NCBI RefSeq assembly: GCF_947568905.1
Contig: NC_079167.1
Span: 21,080,001-21,144,000, forward strand
Length of the DNA: 64,000 bases
Direction of reading: 5' to 3'
Source of the DNA: Ostrea edulis
Lineage: Eukaryota
Shown piece after piece: positions 51,985 to 64,000 of this stretch. Under the pieces are notes generated by a model. It made no database searches. It saw only the letters and a list, made by a program, of their open reading frames with translations, and had not been told where the DNA came from. The first letter of the stretch is position 1, and each line of letters opens with the position of its first letter. The position numbers and the translations under genes were made by a program.

Positions 51985-53412
51985 CGGATCTAGAGTAGGC
52001 GTATCTTGAAGTGGCGTATCTAGAGATATGGATAATCTAGAGATGGTGGATTTAGAGATGGTAGATCTAGTGGTGTTGGATCTAGAGACAGCAGATCTAG
52101 AGGTGGTGGATCTAGAGACAGCAGATCTAGAGGTGGTGGATTTAGAGACAGCAGATCTAGAGGTGGTGGATTTAGAGACATCAGATCTAGAGACATCAGA
52201 TCTAGAGGCGGTGGACCTAGAGACAGCAGATCTAGAGGTGGTGGATTTAGAGACAGCAGATCTAGTGGTGGTGGATCTAGAGACAGCAGATCTAGAGGTG
52301 GTGGATTTAGAGACAGCAGATCTAGAGGTGGTGGATCTATAGAGACAGCAGATCTAGAGATGGATGATCTAGAGACAGCAGATCTAGAGGTGGTGGATTT
52401 AGAGACAGCAGATCTAGAGGTGGTGGATCTATAGAGACAGCAGATCCAGAGGTGGTGGATCTAGAGATGGCAGATACAAAAGTGGCGGATCTAGAGACAG
52501 CAGATCTAGAGGTGGCGGATCTAGTGACGGAAGATCTAGAGGTGATGGATCTAGAGACAGCAGATCTAGAGGTGGTGGATCTAGAGATGGTAGATACAAA
52601 AGTGGTGGATCTAGAGACAGCAGATCTAGAGGTGGTGGATTTAGAGATGGTAGATACAAAAGTGGTGGATCTAGAGACAGCAGATCTAGAGGTGGTGGAT
52701 TTAGAGATGGTAGATACAAAAGTGGTGGATCTAGAGACAGCAGATCTAGAGGTGGTGGATTTAGAGACAGCAGATCTAGAGGTGGTGGATTTAGAGATGG
52801 CAGATCTAGAGGTGGTGGATCTAGAGACAGCAGATCTAGAGGTGGTGGATCTAGAGATGGTAGATACAAAAGTGGTGGATCTAGAGACAGCAGATCTAGA
52901 GGTGGTGGATTTAGAGATGGTGGATACAAAAGTGGTGGATCTAGAGACAGCAGATCTAGAGGTGGTGGATTTAGAGATGGCAGATCTAGAGGTGGTGGAT
53001 CTAGAGACAGCAGATCTAGAGGTGGTGGATCTAGAGATGGTAGATACAAAAGTGGTGGATCTAGAGACAGCAGATCTAGAGGTGGTGGATTTAGAGACAG
53101 CAGATCTAGAGGTGGTGGATTTAGAGATGGCAGATCTAGAGGTGGTGGATCTAGAGACAGCAGATCTAGAGGTGGTGGATCTAGAGGTGGCAGATCTAGA
53201 GACAACAGATCTAGAGGTGGTGGATCTAGAGATGGCAGATACAAAATTGGCAGATTTAGAGACAGCAGATCTAGAGGTGGTGGATTTAGAGATGGCAGAT
53301 ACAAAAGTAGCGGATCTAGAGACAGCAGATCTAAGAGGTGTTGGATCTAGAGACAGCAGATCTAGAGGTGGTGGATCTAGAGACAGCAGATCTAGAGGTG
53401 GAAGATCTAAAG
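51985..53412. repeat. 15-bp-period satellite (GATCTAGAGGTGGTG / GATCTAGAGACAGCA variants) with higher-order structure
   Basis: Period of 15 visible directly; explains ORFs 52028-53528. Confidence 0.97.
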
Positions 53413-53617
53413 ATAGATTACAGAGTCTGCACATTCAAAAATCACTCCCAATTTGCAAAATTTTTACCAAAAAGGAAAGTTATGTCATGCCCTTCCTAGA
53501 GTCAGATCCCCTTTTAATAATGTTCTAGGTCTGCCTCTGGATGCTATGTTTAACATGGTCAGGTTCTGCACATACAAAACGACAAGAGATACCAGTATAC
53601 ATCTACAAACAAAAAGT

Positions 53618-53957
53618 GGCCCATTCTACATAGACACTAGAACCATTAGCACAGTATGATAATCAGACCCATTCTACATAGACACTAGAACCATTAGCAT
53701 CTGATGATCAGACCCATTCTACATAGACACTAGAACCATTAGCACAGTCTGATGATCAGACCCATTCTACATAGACACTAGAACCATTAGCATCTGATGA
53801 TCAGACCCATTCTACATAGACACTAGAACCATTAGCACAGTCTGATGATCAGACCCATTCTACATAGACATTAGAACCATTAGCACAGTCTGATGATCAG
53901 ACCCATTCTACATAGACACTAGAACCATTAGCACAGTCTGATAATCAGACCCATTCA
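53618..53957. repeat. 44/48-bp minisatellite, ~7 copies
   Basis: Unit cagacccattctacatagacactagaaccattagca(cag)tctgatgat. Confidence 0.92.
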
Positions 53958-54470
53958 AAGTTCTTGCAGTCAAAGACCATGTAGTGTACTCAATGTTCCA
54001 ACGAGCTCTGTCTAAAGACATATACACGCTGACCCAAGTGAGTCTGAGTATAAACAAAAATAAAACATAAAAGGGTATACTAGTACAGTGTATATACATT
54101 TCATTGATTAAAGAGTTAAACTGCTGCATACATTAATGAAAGACATTTTACATGAAAAGTAAATAAATCATTTCATGCAACAAATCAGTTATCTGAGAGT
54201 TTGAAATGAATGGATATCGTCCTGAATCAGTGGGCCCAGTGTTGGTATTGCTGAAGGATTTAGTTGTGATTCTAAAGCCCTCAATGGAACATCCCATTAC
54301 TACTCAAGCTCAATGTGCAGATTAGACGGTCATGCTGTTTAATCACTTGAGACTGTTGACAGGAACCATATTTAGTGGTTTTCAACATTTCCATCATTCT
54401 CAAGTCCAAGAAATACCCTTTTTGGCCTCAAATGCAGTCAAGAAATACATTTCATATACTCCGTGGGAGG

Positions 54471-54757
54471 CTACTTAAACGGTGAAGAAAATGGCGATTT
54501 GGAAGACTTGATGCTTCCTATAGGGGAGGGATTAAACGCTATGGAACGTTTCTGTTCATCTGCCCACTGGACAAATAGGAGGTCACTTTTGACACTTCCT
54601 GTTGGGCTGTTATGTCTTTTTTGGCGGAGATCTGGACTGACGGATAGCTTTAAACTCTTCTCATCCATGGCTGCCATTTTTTTATCTGTGTCCTGATCGT
54701 TGGTGTAGGCCTTATTTGAATAGTGATGCCCATTCTTTTGGTTTCCATTGCTGTAGT
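54471..54757 (-). CDS. Adhesion GPCR terminal coding exon (DYSNGNQKNG...SPFSSPFK*)
   Basis: ttttgtag acceptor, phase 1; open to TAG at 54473-54471; 3' part of track ORF 54471..54812. Confidence 0.75.
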
Positions 54758-55516
54758 CTACAAAAGATATCAATATTTTCATAACAGTATCCAGTGTACA
54801 AGTGTTTTTCACAATTTGAATGATGACAGTGAAATAGATATTGCTTATTCTCCATTCATCGTGCGGTTTTATCCAAGTATAAGAGAAACCTCATGACAAA
54901 TTCATAAAAATTGAATTTTTCTCCTCTACTCATTTATCTCCCCTTTTTTATTCAGTGTCGGCGACATTTGCCTGGTGACCTACATCATTCCTGATAACTC
55001 TGAACAGTTTTATGAATGTGTCTACCAGGAACCTTTTCAAGATATTGTATCAAATGTCTTATTTGTGTGTATTATCTATAAGCTATTGAGTGAATATTAG
55101 AAAATAATTACATATCCAATGTGTTTACCTTTGATATCTTTAACAATCGAAATCATGATAACCATTTCCTCCTGAATGTGAACAACATTGTACATGTAAT
55201 CTTGATAAATCTAGTGCAACTATTTTAATGACTGGAAATTCCAACAAATATAAAAGTAAAATGTAAATATAAAAAACAATTTTCTTGTTTGAAAATACAT
55301 GAGGGTATGAACAGCAATGCTTCATACAAAACATATTTTTCATGAATCATGTAAGTATGTTAGCATGAAGCATTGCAGTTCATGCCCTCATGTATTATCA
55401 AAAGTCCAGTTTTTTTCAAAAGATATTCATTTCTTAAAAATGCTCGCCCATGCAGGGTTGTTGCATGGTAAACCAGGCAATGCTTGTAAGGTCCGTTTCT
55501 GTGTAACATCCATACC

Positions 55517-56052
55517 CTTTTTATTACACATCCAAGGGTGAGCAAGTTTCCCAATATCCAGTTAATAACCTTTTTATTACACATCCAAGGGTAAGCATGT
55601 TTCCCAACATCCAGTTAATAACCTTTTTATTACACATCCAAGGGTGAGTATGTTTCCCAACATCCAATTAATAACCTTTTTATTACACATCCAAGAGTGA
55701 GCATGTTTCCCAATATCCAGTTAATAACCTTTTTATTACACATCCAAGGGTGAGCATGTTTCCCAATATCCAGTTAATAACCTTTTTATTACACATCCAA
55801 GGGTGAGCATGTTTCCCAATATCCAGTTAATAACCTTTTTATTACACATCCAAGGGTGAGCAAGTTTCCCAACATCCAGTTAATAACCTTTTTATTACAC
55901 ATCCAAGGGTGAGCATGTTTCCCAACATCCAGTTAATAACCTTTTTATTACACATCCAAGAGTGAGCATGTTTCCCAACATCCAGTTAATAACCTTTTTA
56001 TTACATATCCAAAAGTTAGTATGTTTCTCAATATCCAGTTAATAACCTTTTT
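55517..56052. repeat. 53-bp minisatellite, ~10 copies
   Basis: Period of 53 measured (55561 to 55614). Confidence 0.95.
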
Positions 56053-56279
56053 ATTTTCTCTGCACTACTTATGCCAGAAAAGCATATTCTGGGTGGAAGA
56101 CATAGTGTTTATGTCCATTATTATTTGTAAAGAGATGTGATGTCACAGAGATGTGATGTCACAAAGAGGTGTGATATCACATCAAGTTATGTAAAGAGGT
56201 ATGATGTCACATCATTTGAGTTATATAAAGAGATGTGATGTCACATCATCCAGTTATGTAAAGAGGTGTGACACCAATG

Positions 56280-56630
56280 ACAACATAAGCTCTTGTTTGT
56301 TATAGTACTGAAGTATGTAAACACCCAAAACAACATTAGCTCTTGTTTGATTTAGTTGTAAAGCTTGTAAACACCCAAAACAACATTAACTCTTGTTTGA
56401 TTTAGTTGTAAAGCTTGTAAACACCCAAAACAACATTAACTCTTGTTTGATTTAGTTGTAAAGCTTGTAAACACCCAAGACAACATTAGCTCTTGTTTGA
56501 TTTAGTTGTAAAGCTTGTAAACACCTAAAACAACATTAGCTCTTGAACACCCAAAACAACAGTAGCTCTTGTTTGGTTTAGTACTAAAGCTTTAATTGTA
56601 AAGAAAACACTCACAACAAGCTCTTGTAAT
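56280..56630. repeat. 50-bp minisatellite, ~6 copies, abutting a GPCR exon donor
   Basis: Period of 50 measured (56331 to 56381). Confidence 0.9.
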
Positions 56631-56642
56631 ATTTGTACTTAC

Positions 56643-56706
56643 CTGAGCTAGAATTTGATAGTTGTGAAGACCTTGTGCCATTTGACAATGGGTTTGCAGT
56701 AGAAAA
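56643..56706 (-). CDS. Adhesion GPCR tail exon (FSTANPLSNGTRSSQLSNSSS)
   Basis: tttttctttag acceptor and GTAAGT donor; 64 nt, phase 0/1, matches the terminal exon. Confidence 0.75.
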
Positions 56707-56811
56707 CTAAAGAAAAAAATGTAATTAAGGTACACAGGTAGAAAATGTGTCATAAACATATCATGACCTAGCTCTTGATGATATGAATGTCGGTCAGGTA
56801 ACTTTCTGAAG

Positions 56812-57077
56812 ATTGATTGATTGTAATTTTGTTTAACATCCCTCTCAAGAATCCTCCACTCATATGGAGACGTCAACATTGCCAGTGAAGGGCTGCAAAA
56901 TCTAGGTCTATGCTCGGCACTTATGGCCATTGAGCATCTTTACCGACTGCCACACCTGCTGCAACATGGGACCTTGGATTTTGCAGTTCCATCTGAAGGA
57001 ACGTTCCATTTAGTTTAGTCACCTCTTACGACAAGCAAGGGGTACTGAGGACCTATGCTAACCTGGATTCCCATGGG
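56812..57077 (-). mobile_element. SINE-like element, family A, copy 3 (more diverged)
   Basis: Aligns end to end with the other two copies. Confidence 0.8.
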
Positions 57078-58311
57078 AAATCTTTTGGAAGAAAAATCTT
57101 GAAACAATTAATGTTTCCCTTCCAACCAGACTCCATGAATGTTCAATAAATTATGTGAAATGTAAGTCAATATATGCATGGTACATCAGAAAAATGATCA
57201 TTAATCTCATGAGCTTCAATTGCTGATAAAACAAAAAGCCTTTGCTGTTAACTTTCTGGTTACAAGTATAGCTTGCATACATGCAGCTTTGTGGTCAAAT
57301 AAATCAGTCAATAGATTCTACTATTTGAGTTTCAGAAGTTCAGTAGCACTGTATCTCCATCAAAAAGGAAACCCCAAGAATAATTCATCTCGACAATTTA
57401 ATAAACAGACTAAAGAGAATTTTAAAATCATGTTTTTCCACATTCCTGAGTATATGTTGCTGAGTAGACAATGAACCAAACTAAAATAATAATTAGCCTA
57501 ATCAATAATAAACATGCATATTGTAATTACATTAACCTCCTGACAAGGATCACGATATGAATGATTTTATCTGTCTGATGCAGTGTTTGAGTGACTTTAG
57601 AACATTCGTCTCTTCACAGTCAACATCAGAGGCCTGCCTGCTTATAAACTACAGATACTGTGGCTATGTTTAGAACAACAACTAATATTTATATACATGT
57701 TTCATGAGCTCGGTTAAATTCGATTTCTCCTATCACAAACAAAGAGTCTTCAAATTATACCTGCCATATTATTTGCAAAAAGTCCCGATGAAATTTTTAC
57801 GTTTCCTCTTTTATGTGGGACGCTCCCTCTCTCACTCAGTAATTGCCTGACATCTGCTGTTTATTTGGGGTACTAGAAGATATTTGTGATAAACAGTCTG
57901 CATCTTAAGACCCAGGAGTCCATTTTCGAAAAAGATCTTACGATTAAGACCAGTATTCTATTACATCTAGCATGTTTCCATTTCTTTGTTGAATTTGTGA
58001 AAATATGATTTTATGTTCTTAATATCATCTGTAAATTAAACCATAGATGCTAAATCAAATTTGCTTGCATATGACTGCACTTGCATGGTAATTTTAAACT
58101 TAGCTTTCATCAGGTATTGATCCACAGCTGTATAACATTTTGAGATTTCAATGACATGTTTAGCTCTTTTTCTTTAGGTATGCCATGAATTTACACGTTT
58201 AAAGAAATGCAGCATTGAATGAATTGTAAGAAGTGCTCTGAATTTGGTCTCATTAAATCGTAAGACTTTTTGTAAATTGGGTCGATCTTGCCATCTTCGA
58301 ATTCTGCATAC

Positions 58312-58401
58312 CTTATTGCTGGTTTCACTTTTATGTCTGTTCTTGGATGATTCATCTCGTCTCCGAAGACAATGACATTTTCTTCTTATTACATCCGAAA
58401 T
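58312..58401 (-). CDS. Adhesion GPCR helix-8/proximal tail exon (ISDVIRRKCHCLRRRDESSKNRHKSETSNK)
   Basis: ttcttag acceptor and GTATGC donor; 90 nt, phase 0/0; basic amphipathic segment with cysteines. Confidence 0.8.
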
Positions 58402-58590
58402 CTAAGAATATAATTTTTTTTACATCCGAAATCTAAGAATATATGACTTTTTTTACATCCGAAATCTAAGAATATATGATTTTTTTTTTTACATCTGAAA
58501 TCTAACAAATGACTTTTTTTTACATACGAAATCTAAGAACAAATGATTTTTTTACATCCAAATTCTAAAAACAAATGATTTTTTTTAAAA
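58391..58590. repeat. ~31-36-bp tandem duplications of a splice acceptor/exon start
   Basis: Six copies of acatccgaaatctaag(aa); the leftmost is the real exon boundary. Confidence 0.85.
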
Positions 58591-58893
58591 AACCTTATTA
58601 AAATCAATGGACAAATAAATTGCCAACTGAAAGCTTACAATACATGTATATAGGTGATATCTGATCAGAAATATTAAAGAATTTAAAAGATATGAATTCT
58701 GCACTTGTGAATATTGGATGAAACATGAAAACAAGAAAAAGGGCCTGTTTTATAAAGAGCTTAAGATATCTAAAGTTTACTATGTAAAGTATTTATAAAA
58801 TTTTCATTCAGCAGGTACATTTCAGTTATTCAATCTTATTTGTTTATGTGAAAACAGACCCCAAGTCTCTGTCAAAATTTCTGCCACACTTAC

Positions 58894-58935
58894 GGATCTG
58901 TTCAGCACACAGTGGAACACAAATACAAAGAAACC
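58894..58935 (-). CDS. Adhesion GPCR TM7 end exon (GFFVFVFHCVLNRS)
   Basis: ttttattgacag acceptor and GTAAGT donor; completes the NSLQ-GFF.F.FHC.LN motif. Confidence 0.92.
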
Positions 58936-59017
58936 CTGTCAATAAAACAAATCGCATGAGACAAAGGCCAGTCCCACAAAGCTAACACAGTAACAGGATT
59001 TATAAATCCAACATTAA

Positions 59018-60213
59018 AGGGAAAGGCAACCCAAAATATATTTTTACATGATAAATGATAGGATTAATCATATGATAAAGATATGTCATACAATTCTGTT
59101 GGTATATGGCCTAGATAAGCTTCAGTACTAATTTGAAAACGTCAAAAATTGAAATTCCCGCGGTTTATAGAGGCTGCCATGATGTATAACTCTTTTGTAT
59201 TCAAGACCACAAAAATCAATAATTTTGACGTCACACTGTCTGTTCCGGTTTTGACGAGATTCTAAGATCATCAACAGGAATTAACACAACACCCTCCTCC
59301 GAATAAGCTACATGAGTTGATTTAATTATTTTTTTCTTGAAAATATTTCTAATGCATATCAATGTCTTACACACCCATAAAGTCCAACATAATTCAAAAT
59401 AAGCCCTTTAAAAAAAACCCTCACTGATTATTGTAACAGAACTTATAATAACCAGTGAGGGTATTTTTTTAAAAAAGGGCTTATTTTGAATTACATGTAT
59501 TTTGGACTTTATGGGTAATGCAAGACGTTGTTGACATGCATTAGAAATATTTTCAACAACAAAAATTAATTAAATCAACTCATGTAGCTTATTCGGGGGA
59601 GGGGGGGGGGGGTCCTGAACCCAAGCACCTGTGAGATCATCAAAGATGTGTATGTGGTAGATCTTACGAATAAATAGGTTGATGCCTTCCTGGCAAGCAG
59701 TTAATTACACTAATGCGAAGGGGAGATATGAAAAAAGGTTGTTGTTTTTCTCGAAATTCCTGACTCAACCAAGTCATTTGAAAAGAAATGACTACGTAAA
59801 CTGTGGATCCATCATTTGCAAAATGACAAGTTGAGGTTCAAGACATTTGTATGAAGAACGTTTACCGTCTGCCTTGTCTGCAACTCGACTGAACATCTTC
59901 TTTTCTCAATTTCTTCTTGCGAAAGAACGGGCTCAAATCTACACGGCTCCAAACTTAACTGTTCATGACTTGTCATGTTTACAGTACTGCTTCTGATGAA
60001 ATAAACCGGAATAGACGGTGTGACGTCATAATTTAAACTTCAATGGCCACTCTCTTAGCGGCAGGTAATTTAAAACACATGATCATAGATTAATATTGAT
60101 TTAATTGTTAAGCAAGGATTTTTGTTGTTAAAGACTGTCAATTACGATATCAGTAATATAATACACTTACTTTATTCATAAAAGCAACTATGTGGTTAGG
60201 GTTGCCTTTCCCT
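59018..60213. mobile_element. Non-autonomous TTAA-targeting element (Kolobok-like)
   Basis: Perfect 15-bp TIR AGGGAAAGGCAACCC; TTAA on both sides (59014-17, 60214-17); purine-purine termini fit Kolobok rather than piggyBac. Confidence 0.8.
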
Positions 60214-60248
60214 TTAACTCGATGTACAGTAACGAAATATCTGTTATA

Positions 60249-60464
60249 CTATAAATCTGGAAAACTTTGTGCAGAATCATTTTTGCAAAATTGGGTCAAA
60301 TTGTTATAGATTACTTTTTGTGTACTTAAGTTTTGCGAATTAGTTTTGTCACTAAAGGACAATAAACAATATTTTGTTTTCACACAAAAAATATTTTCAT
60401 CAAATTTCATAGACCTACAAAATTATCAAACATTTATCTACAGCAAAAATAACCAGATTTATGG
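60249..60464. mobile_element. Small TA-flanked MITE
   Basis: C(T/C)ATAAATCTGG TIRs. Confidence 0.55.
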
Positions 60465-60893
60465 TATACCTTTACAAGCACTGCATTAACTACCTGTGTT
60501 ATCCTTCCAACATCATCAAAATAACAATTTAAAAAATTAGACAACTTTTTAAACATCTACCACAGGCACATACAAAACAAAATGCCACTGGTTTGCAACA
60601 ACAAATATTCGCAAGAAAGACCAGTGCTTGTAAATCTTGTGGACAATTCTCACTCACAAATATATTAAGTTGGTTAACAGTGCATGCTTTTCAAATTTGT
60701 TCAACATCACATATAATTGTATGTACCAATATATGATTATAATGCTTGGTGAAAATGATGAAATATTACAGAATATTGTATTCCCTATGCACATTTCAGA
60801 ATTAAACGGTGTATTATTGGATACTGGAATTACGTTATCTTAGAATTTACAAAATTCTTGGAAAAAGTCTTTAGTTGGAACTAAATTAGAATA

Positions 60894-61843
60894 TGGAAGG
60901 CGATGGATGCCAGGGTATAGAATTAATATTCATTTAACTGGCAGCCACCACTTAATTTATCTGGCAGCTGCCACTTATTACCTGGAAGCCGCCACTTAAT
61001 TTATGTGGCGGCTGCCAGTTTAAGTTATTCAGCTACACCCTCTCTTTCTCAATCTATCAAAATAAAAGGGGTGCAATCCCTGTAATATCCCTCTCTAATA
61101 CTTAGTAATATGTGTGTGATATACAGTTATATATGAGCATTATGTTTGTTGATTGTGCTGTTAATTTACAAAGTTATATAAATGTTCATGATATCAAATG
61201 TCGACACATCTGCGCACGAGAAAATCTTCATGTGTACTTAGTATACCAACATACAATGTATCAGGCACGTTGAACCAGGGGGCTGACCCTCCATTTTTTT
61301 GACAATGTTCATTTCCCGTTATTTTCACTTGCAAACCAAGTTATTTTCACAAGTAAAATAAAATTAATTGGCGGATTTGCCTCCATCCCACTCTTTTGCT
61401 GGTAGTTATGAATGGTAGAAATGTAATGATGAATGAACTGATGAATTGAATGATGAACGGAGCCCCCTCCCTCCAATTTAGGAGTATGAAGTTTGAGCAA
61501 AAGAGAAATTTTTAGGTTTCTTGTCTGCTTGACAATTTCTCCTCCGACTGTCCCAAGACTTTGAAAAATGATGCTCATACCTGTCTGCGTACTATTCTAA
61601 ATCTTTAAAAAATAATCACTCAGCAGTATGAATTAAATTTTTTTAAATTGGCAGCCATAATGCATAAATTAAGTGATAGCCGCCAGATAAATTAAGCGGC
61701 GGCCACCAGTTTATCTACATGGAGGCCACCAGATAAAAAGTGGTGGCCACCAGTTAAATTAAGTGGGGGCTGCCACATAAATTAAGTGGTGGTTGCCAGT
61801 TAAATTAATATTAATTCTATACCCTGGCACCTATCAACCTCCG
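60894..61843. mobile_element. TIR element with sub-terminal repeats (ttaatttat.tggcggccaccac)
   Basis: Exact IR TGCCAGGGTATAGAATTAATATT (60908-60930 / 61807-61829), degenerate extension to TA-flanked ends; mirrored short repeats inside both ends. Confidence 0.75.
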
Positions 61844-62743
61844 TATAATAATGATAATGACAACAATTATGTCAATTTATATTAGTCAAAACATTTAATG
61901 TGATCATTAATTATAGTTGTGATGAATGACTTTTTCTGACAGCTATGTAAATTTCAAAAATTAAAGTAATTCTAGAATCGAATAATACACCCTTGTAAAC
62001 TTGATGATAGATTTATTATATTGCAGCATGTAAATGATATATTACATGTATATTGTATCTGGATTCTGAAGTTTGTCATGTAGTCAACTGAATACCAGTC
62101 CAACATAACAAAATGACATTTTTATAATCATTTATTACAGCACATTTTTCATATCCGACTAAAAATCCATCCCAAACTATTAATTGAATTAATTATTAAT
62201 GATCGTGAAATGCTCACAATGATGTTGGTTTGTTGAAATATTAAATGGTCATTAGTGTCATTCATTTTAAACTGTTGTCACAAAAATATCACATTCATAA
62301 AGTTTTTGTATTAAGCCAGTTTCAGCTATCTGTCTTACACAATATAAAAATTCAAATTGTGACGCTTCACTGAAAACAGTGGCCTGTAAATACATATACT
62401 GGTATCGGTCTGAGCTATCTGTTACACAATAAAAAAATTCAAATTGTGACACTTGACTGAAAATAACGGCCTGTAAACACTGAGCAATCTGTTCTATTGT
62501 ACGTCTTTTACAAAAACTGCTCATGTAAAACTACAAACAAAAACAAAAATGATATCATACATAGATAAGATCAACCACAGAGTGACTGCTCCAATCTCAA
62601 AATTCAAATGAAATGATCATATATCTTGACCATTTTCAAATATCAAAATTTGAATTCAATTCATTTTTTAAACTGAACCGAGTCAGCAGCCGATGGACCG
62701 GTTATAAATGGTTATAGTCTTAGAACAAAAGAATCCCGCCTAC

Positions 62744-62870
62744 CTGGAGAGAGTTGAATATAGTAAATAAGTACTGGAAGAAAATGGTGCTTGAGTTCAC
62801 AGACAGAACTCCAAAGATCCAGGAGATCCCTAGGATAGGTGTTAGGACTGCCACGCTGCGGACACCCGCC
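62744..62870 (-). CDS. Adhesion GPCR TM6-ECL3-TM7 exon (RAGVRSVAVLTPILGISWIFGVLSVNSSTIFFQYLFTIFNSLQ)
   Basis: tgtttttcag acceptor and GTAGGC donor; P.LG.SW.FGVL.VN...FQY.F...NSLQ is the class B2 TM6/TM7 signature, closest by recall to ADGRD1. Confidence 0.93.
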
Positions 62871-63122
62871 CTGAAAAACACCGAATATATGTCTCCACAA
62901 CGTCAATCTGACATGCATAAAGATTAACAGGCATCATGGGGAAAAAACTCGTACCCTTATTTATTTCAAAGAATAAACAAATACAGGCATCAAGATGGAA
63001 ATAAAACTGTTACCTATTTCATAAAATTATCAAATACATGTAAATCATTCTGGGCTCACAGTATTAGTTTGTAAGAAAATATGCAGTTGCATCATATTTT
63101 TAGGGCAAATGTGTTTTTGATA

Positions 63123-63486
63123 CCGTATAGCAGGAAATTAACTTTCGGAGTTAATTTTCGCTATATTTGCTGAAACAAAATTTCCGCGAATTTAACATTC
63201 AGTGAATTAATCTTTCATATTTATCATGAACTTGTAAATTTTATTTTTCATCTATCTTTTGGATAATCACTCTTTTATGATTTATGTATATGAACTTTGT
63301 ATTCTTTGTATGCCCTCTGGGCCCTAAATTGGAAATAAATTACTTACTTACTTACTTACTATTGATAAGATATATACATTGAAGGATATCAAGATTTGTT
63401 TATCCGCGAATTAAACCAACTGCGATTTGTTGCTAAATGAAAAATTCACGATTTTTTTCCGACAGCGATATCAACCTGCTATACAG
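63123..63486. mobile_element. TA-flanked MITE
   Basis: TIR C(C/T)GTATAGCAGG; TA on both sides. Confidence 0.65.
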
Positions 63487-63598
63487 TATAAAGTTAGCTA
63501 GGTACAGATTTCTCGAGATGGACTGATTGAAATGACAGAGTTATAGGTACAGATTTCTCGAGATGGACTGATTGAAGTGAGTTGTGATTGTATATTAC

Positions 63599-63684
63599 CT
63601 GATTTTGTCCTGCTGAGATTTGCTCATGACGGCTCGAGTGGAAAACAACGCTCTCAGGACTATGGCAGTGATTATCAAATTTAC
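63599..63684 (-). CDS. Adhesion GPCR (ADGRD1/GPR133-like), TM5 end and ICL3 exon (VNLIITAIVLRALFSTRAVMSKSQQDKI)
   Basis: ttccctttgcag acceptor and GTAATA donor; phase 0/2; hydrophobic helix followed by a basic loop. Confidence 0.85.
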
Positions 63685-64000
63685 CTGCAAAGGGAATGTC
63701 AAGGTCACAGTCAATGTTTTAGGGGGATACGAAATCAGTTTAATCTGATTAAGGAGTATAATCAGCAATTAAGGAAAATTACATCATCAAATTCTGAATC
63801 TGTGAGGGAATTTATCAGTATAATCAGAGGGAGTCCACAAAGTTATTGAATTATAGAATGTACAGGGTAACTCATCCTGAATTTCACAAGATTTCTTGAG
63901 CAAGACGGAGATAAAGGACAACTGAGTCAATATGTTTTCAAAAGGCAGGCATCTGTCTAGTACAAAACTAGTATGACAGGAATTGCATGTGACTTAAGTG

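Noticed and set aside
52028-53528. ORFs of up to 365 aa resembling mucin or acidic repeat proteins
   Set aside because: Period-15 satellite open in several frames on both strands, with no unique domain or splice context.
53690-53945. CTGATGA motifs in the 48-bp repeat (also at 32454 and 45138) as hammerhead cores
   Set aside because: No stem II plus GAAA follows any of them.
63685-63745. 60-nt open stretch ending CAG/GTAAAT read as a GAIN-domain exon
   Set aside because: The same CAG is better explained as the acceptor of the TM5 exon (GTA AAT TTG = VNL), which joins in phase to TM6.

Overview
Eukaryotic, AT-rich, repeat-dense genomic DNA. The repeat families (166-bp HindIII-type satellite inside Helentron-associated elements, oyster-type SINEs) point to an oyster (Ostreidae); this is inference, not a database match. 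Two intron-containing genes lie on the minus strand, both reconstructed by hand from GT-AG junctions with consistent phases. (1) The 5' part of a HERC4-like E3 ligase: nine RCC1-domain coding exons from 14983 to 194, continuing off the left edge. (2) The 3' part of an ADGRD1/GPR133-like adhesion GPCR: six exons from 63684 to the stop at 54471, covering TM5-TM7 and a long Ser-rich tail. The rest is transposon and tandem-repeat DNA: a near-intact Tc1 (DD34E), a decayed mariner (DD34D), a decayed near-full-length RTE LINE, Penelope-like fragments, SINEs, many MITEs, Helentron-associated elements and about a dozen minisatellites. Most of the long ORFs in the track are repeat artefacts. Main hunt results: two unannotated minimal hammerhead-ribozyme motifs in (TA)n tracts on opposite strands, bracketing the Tc1; a 190-bp perfect hairpin element with a 10-bp target-site duplication; a tail-to-tail inverted dimer of a satellite-carrying element in HERC4 intron 1; and tandem duplications that copy splice acceptors into decoy arrays.
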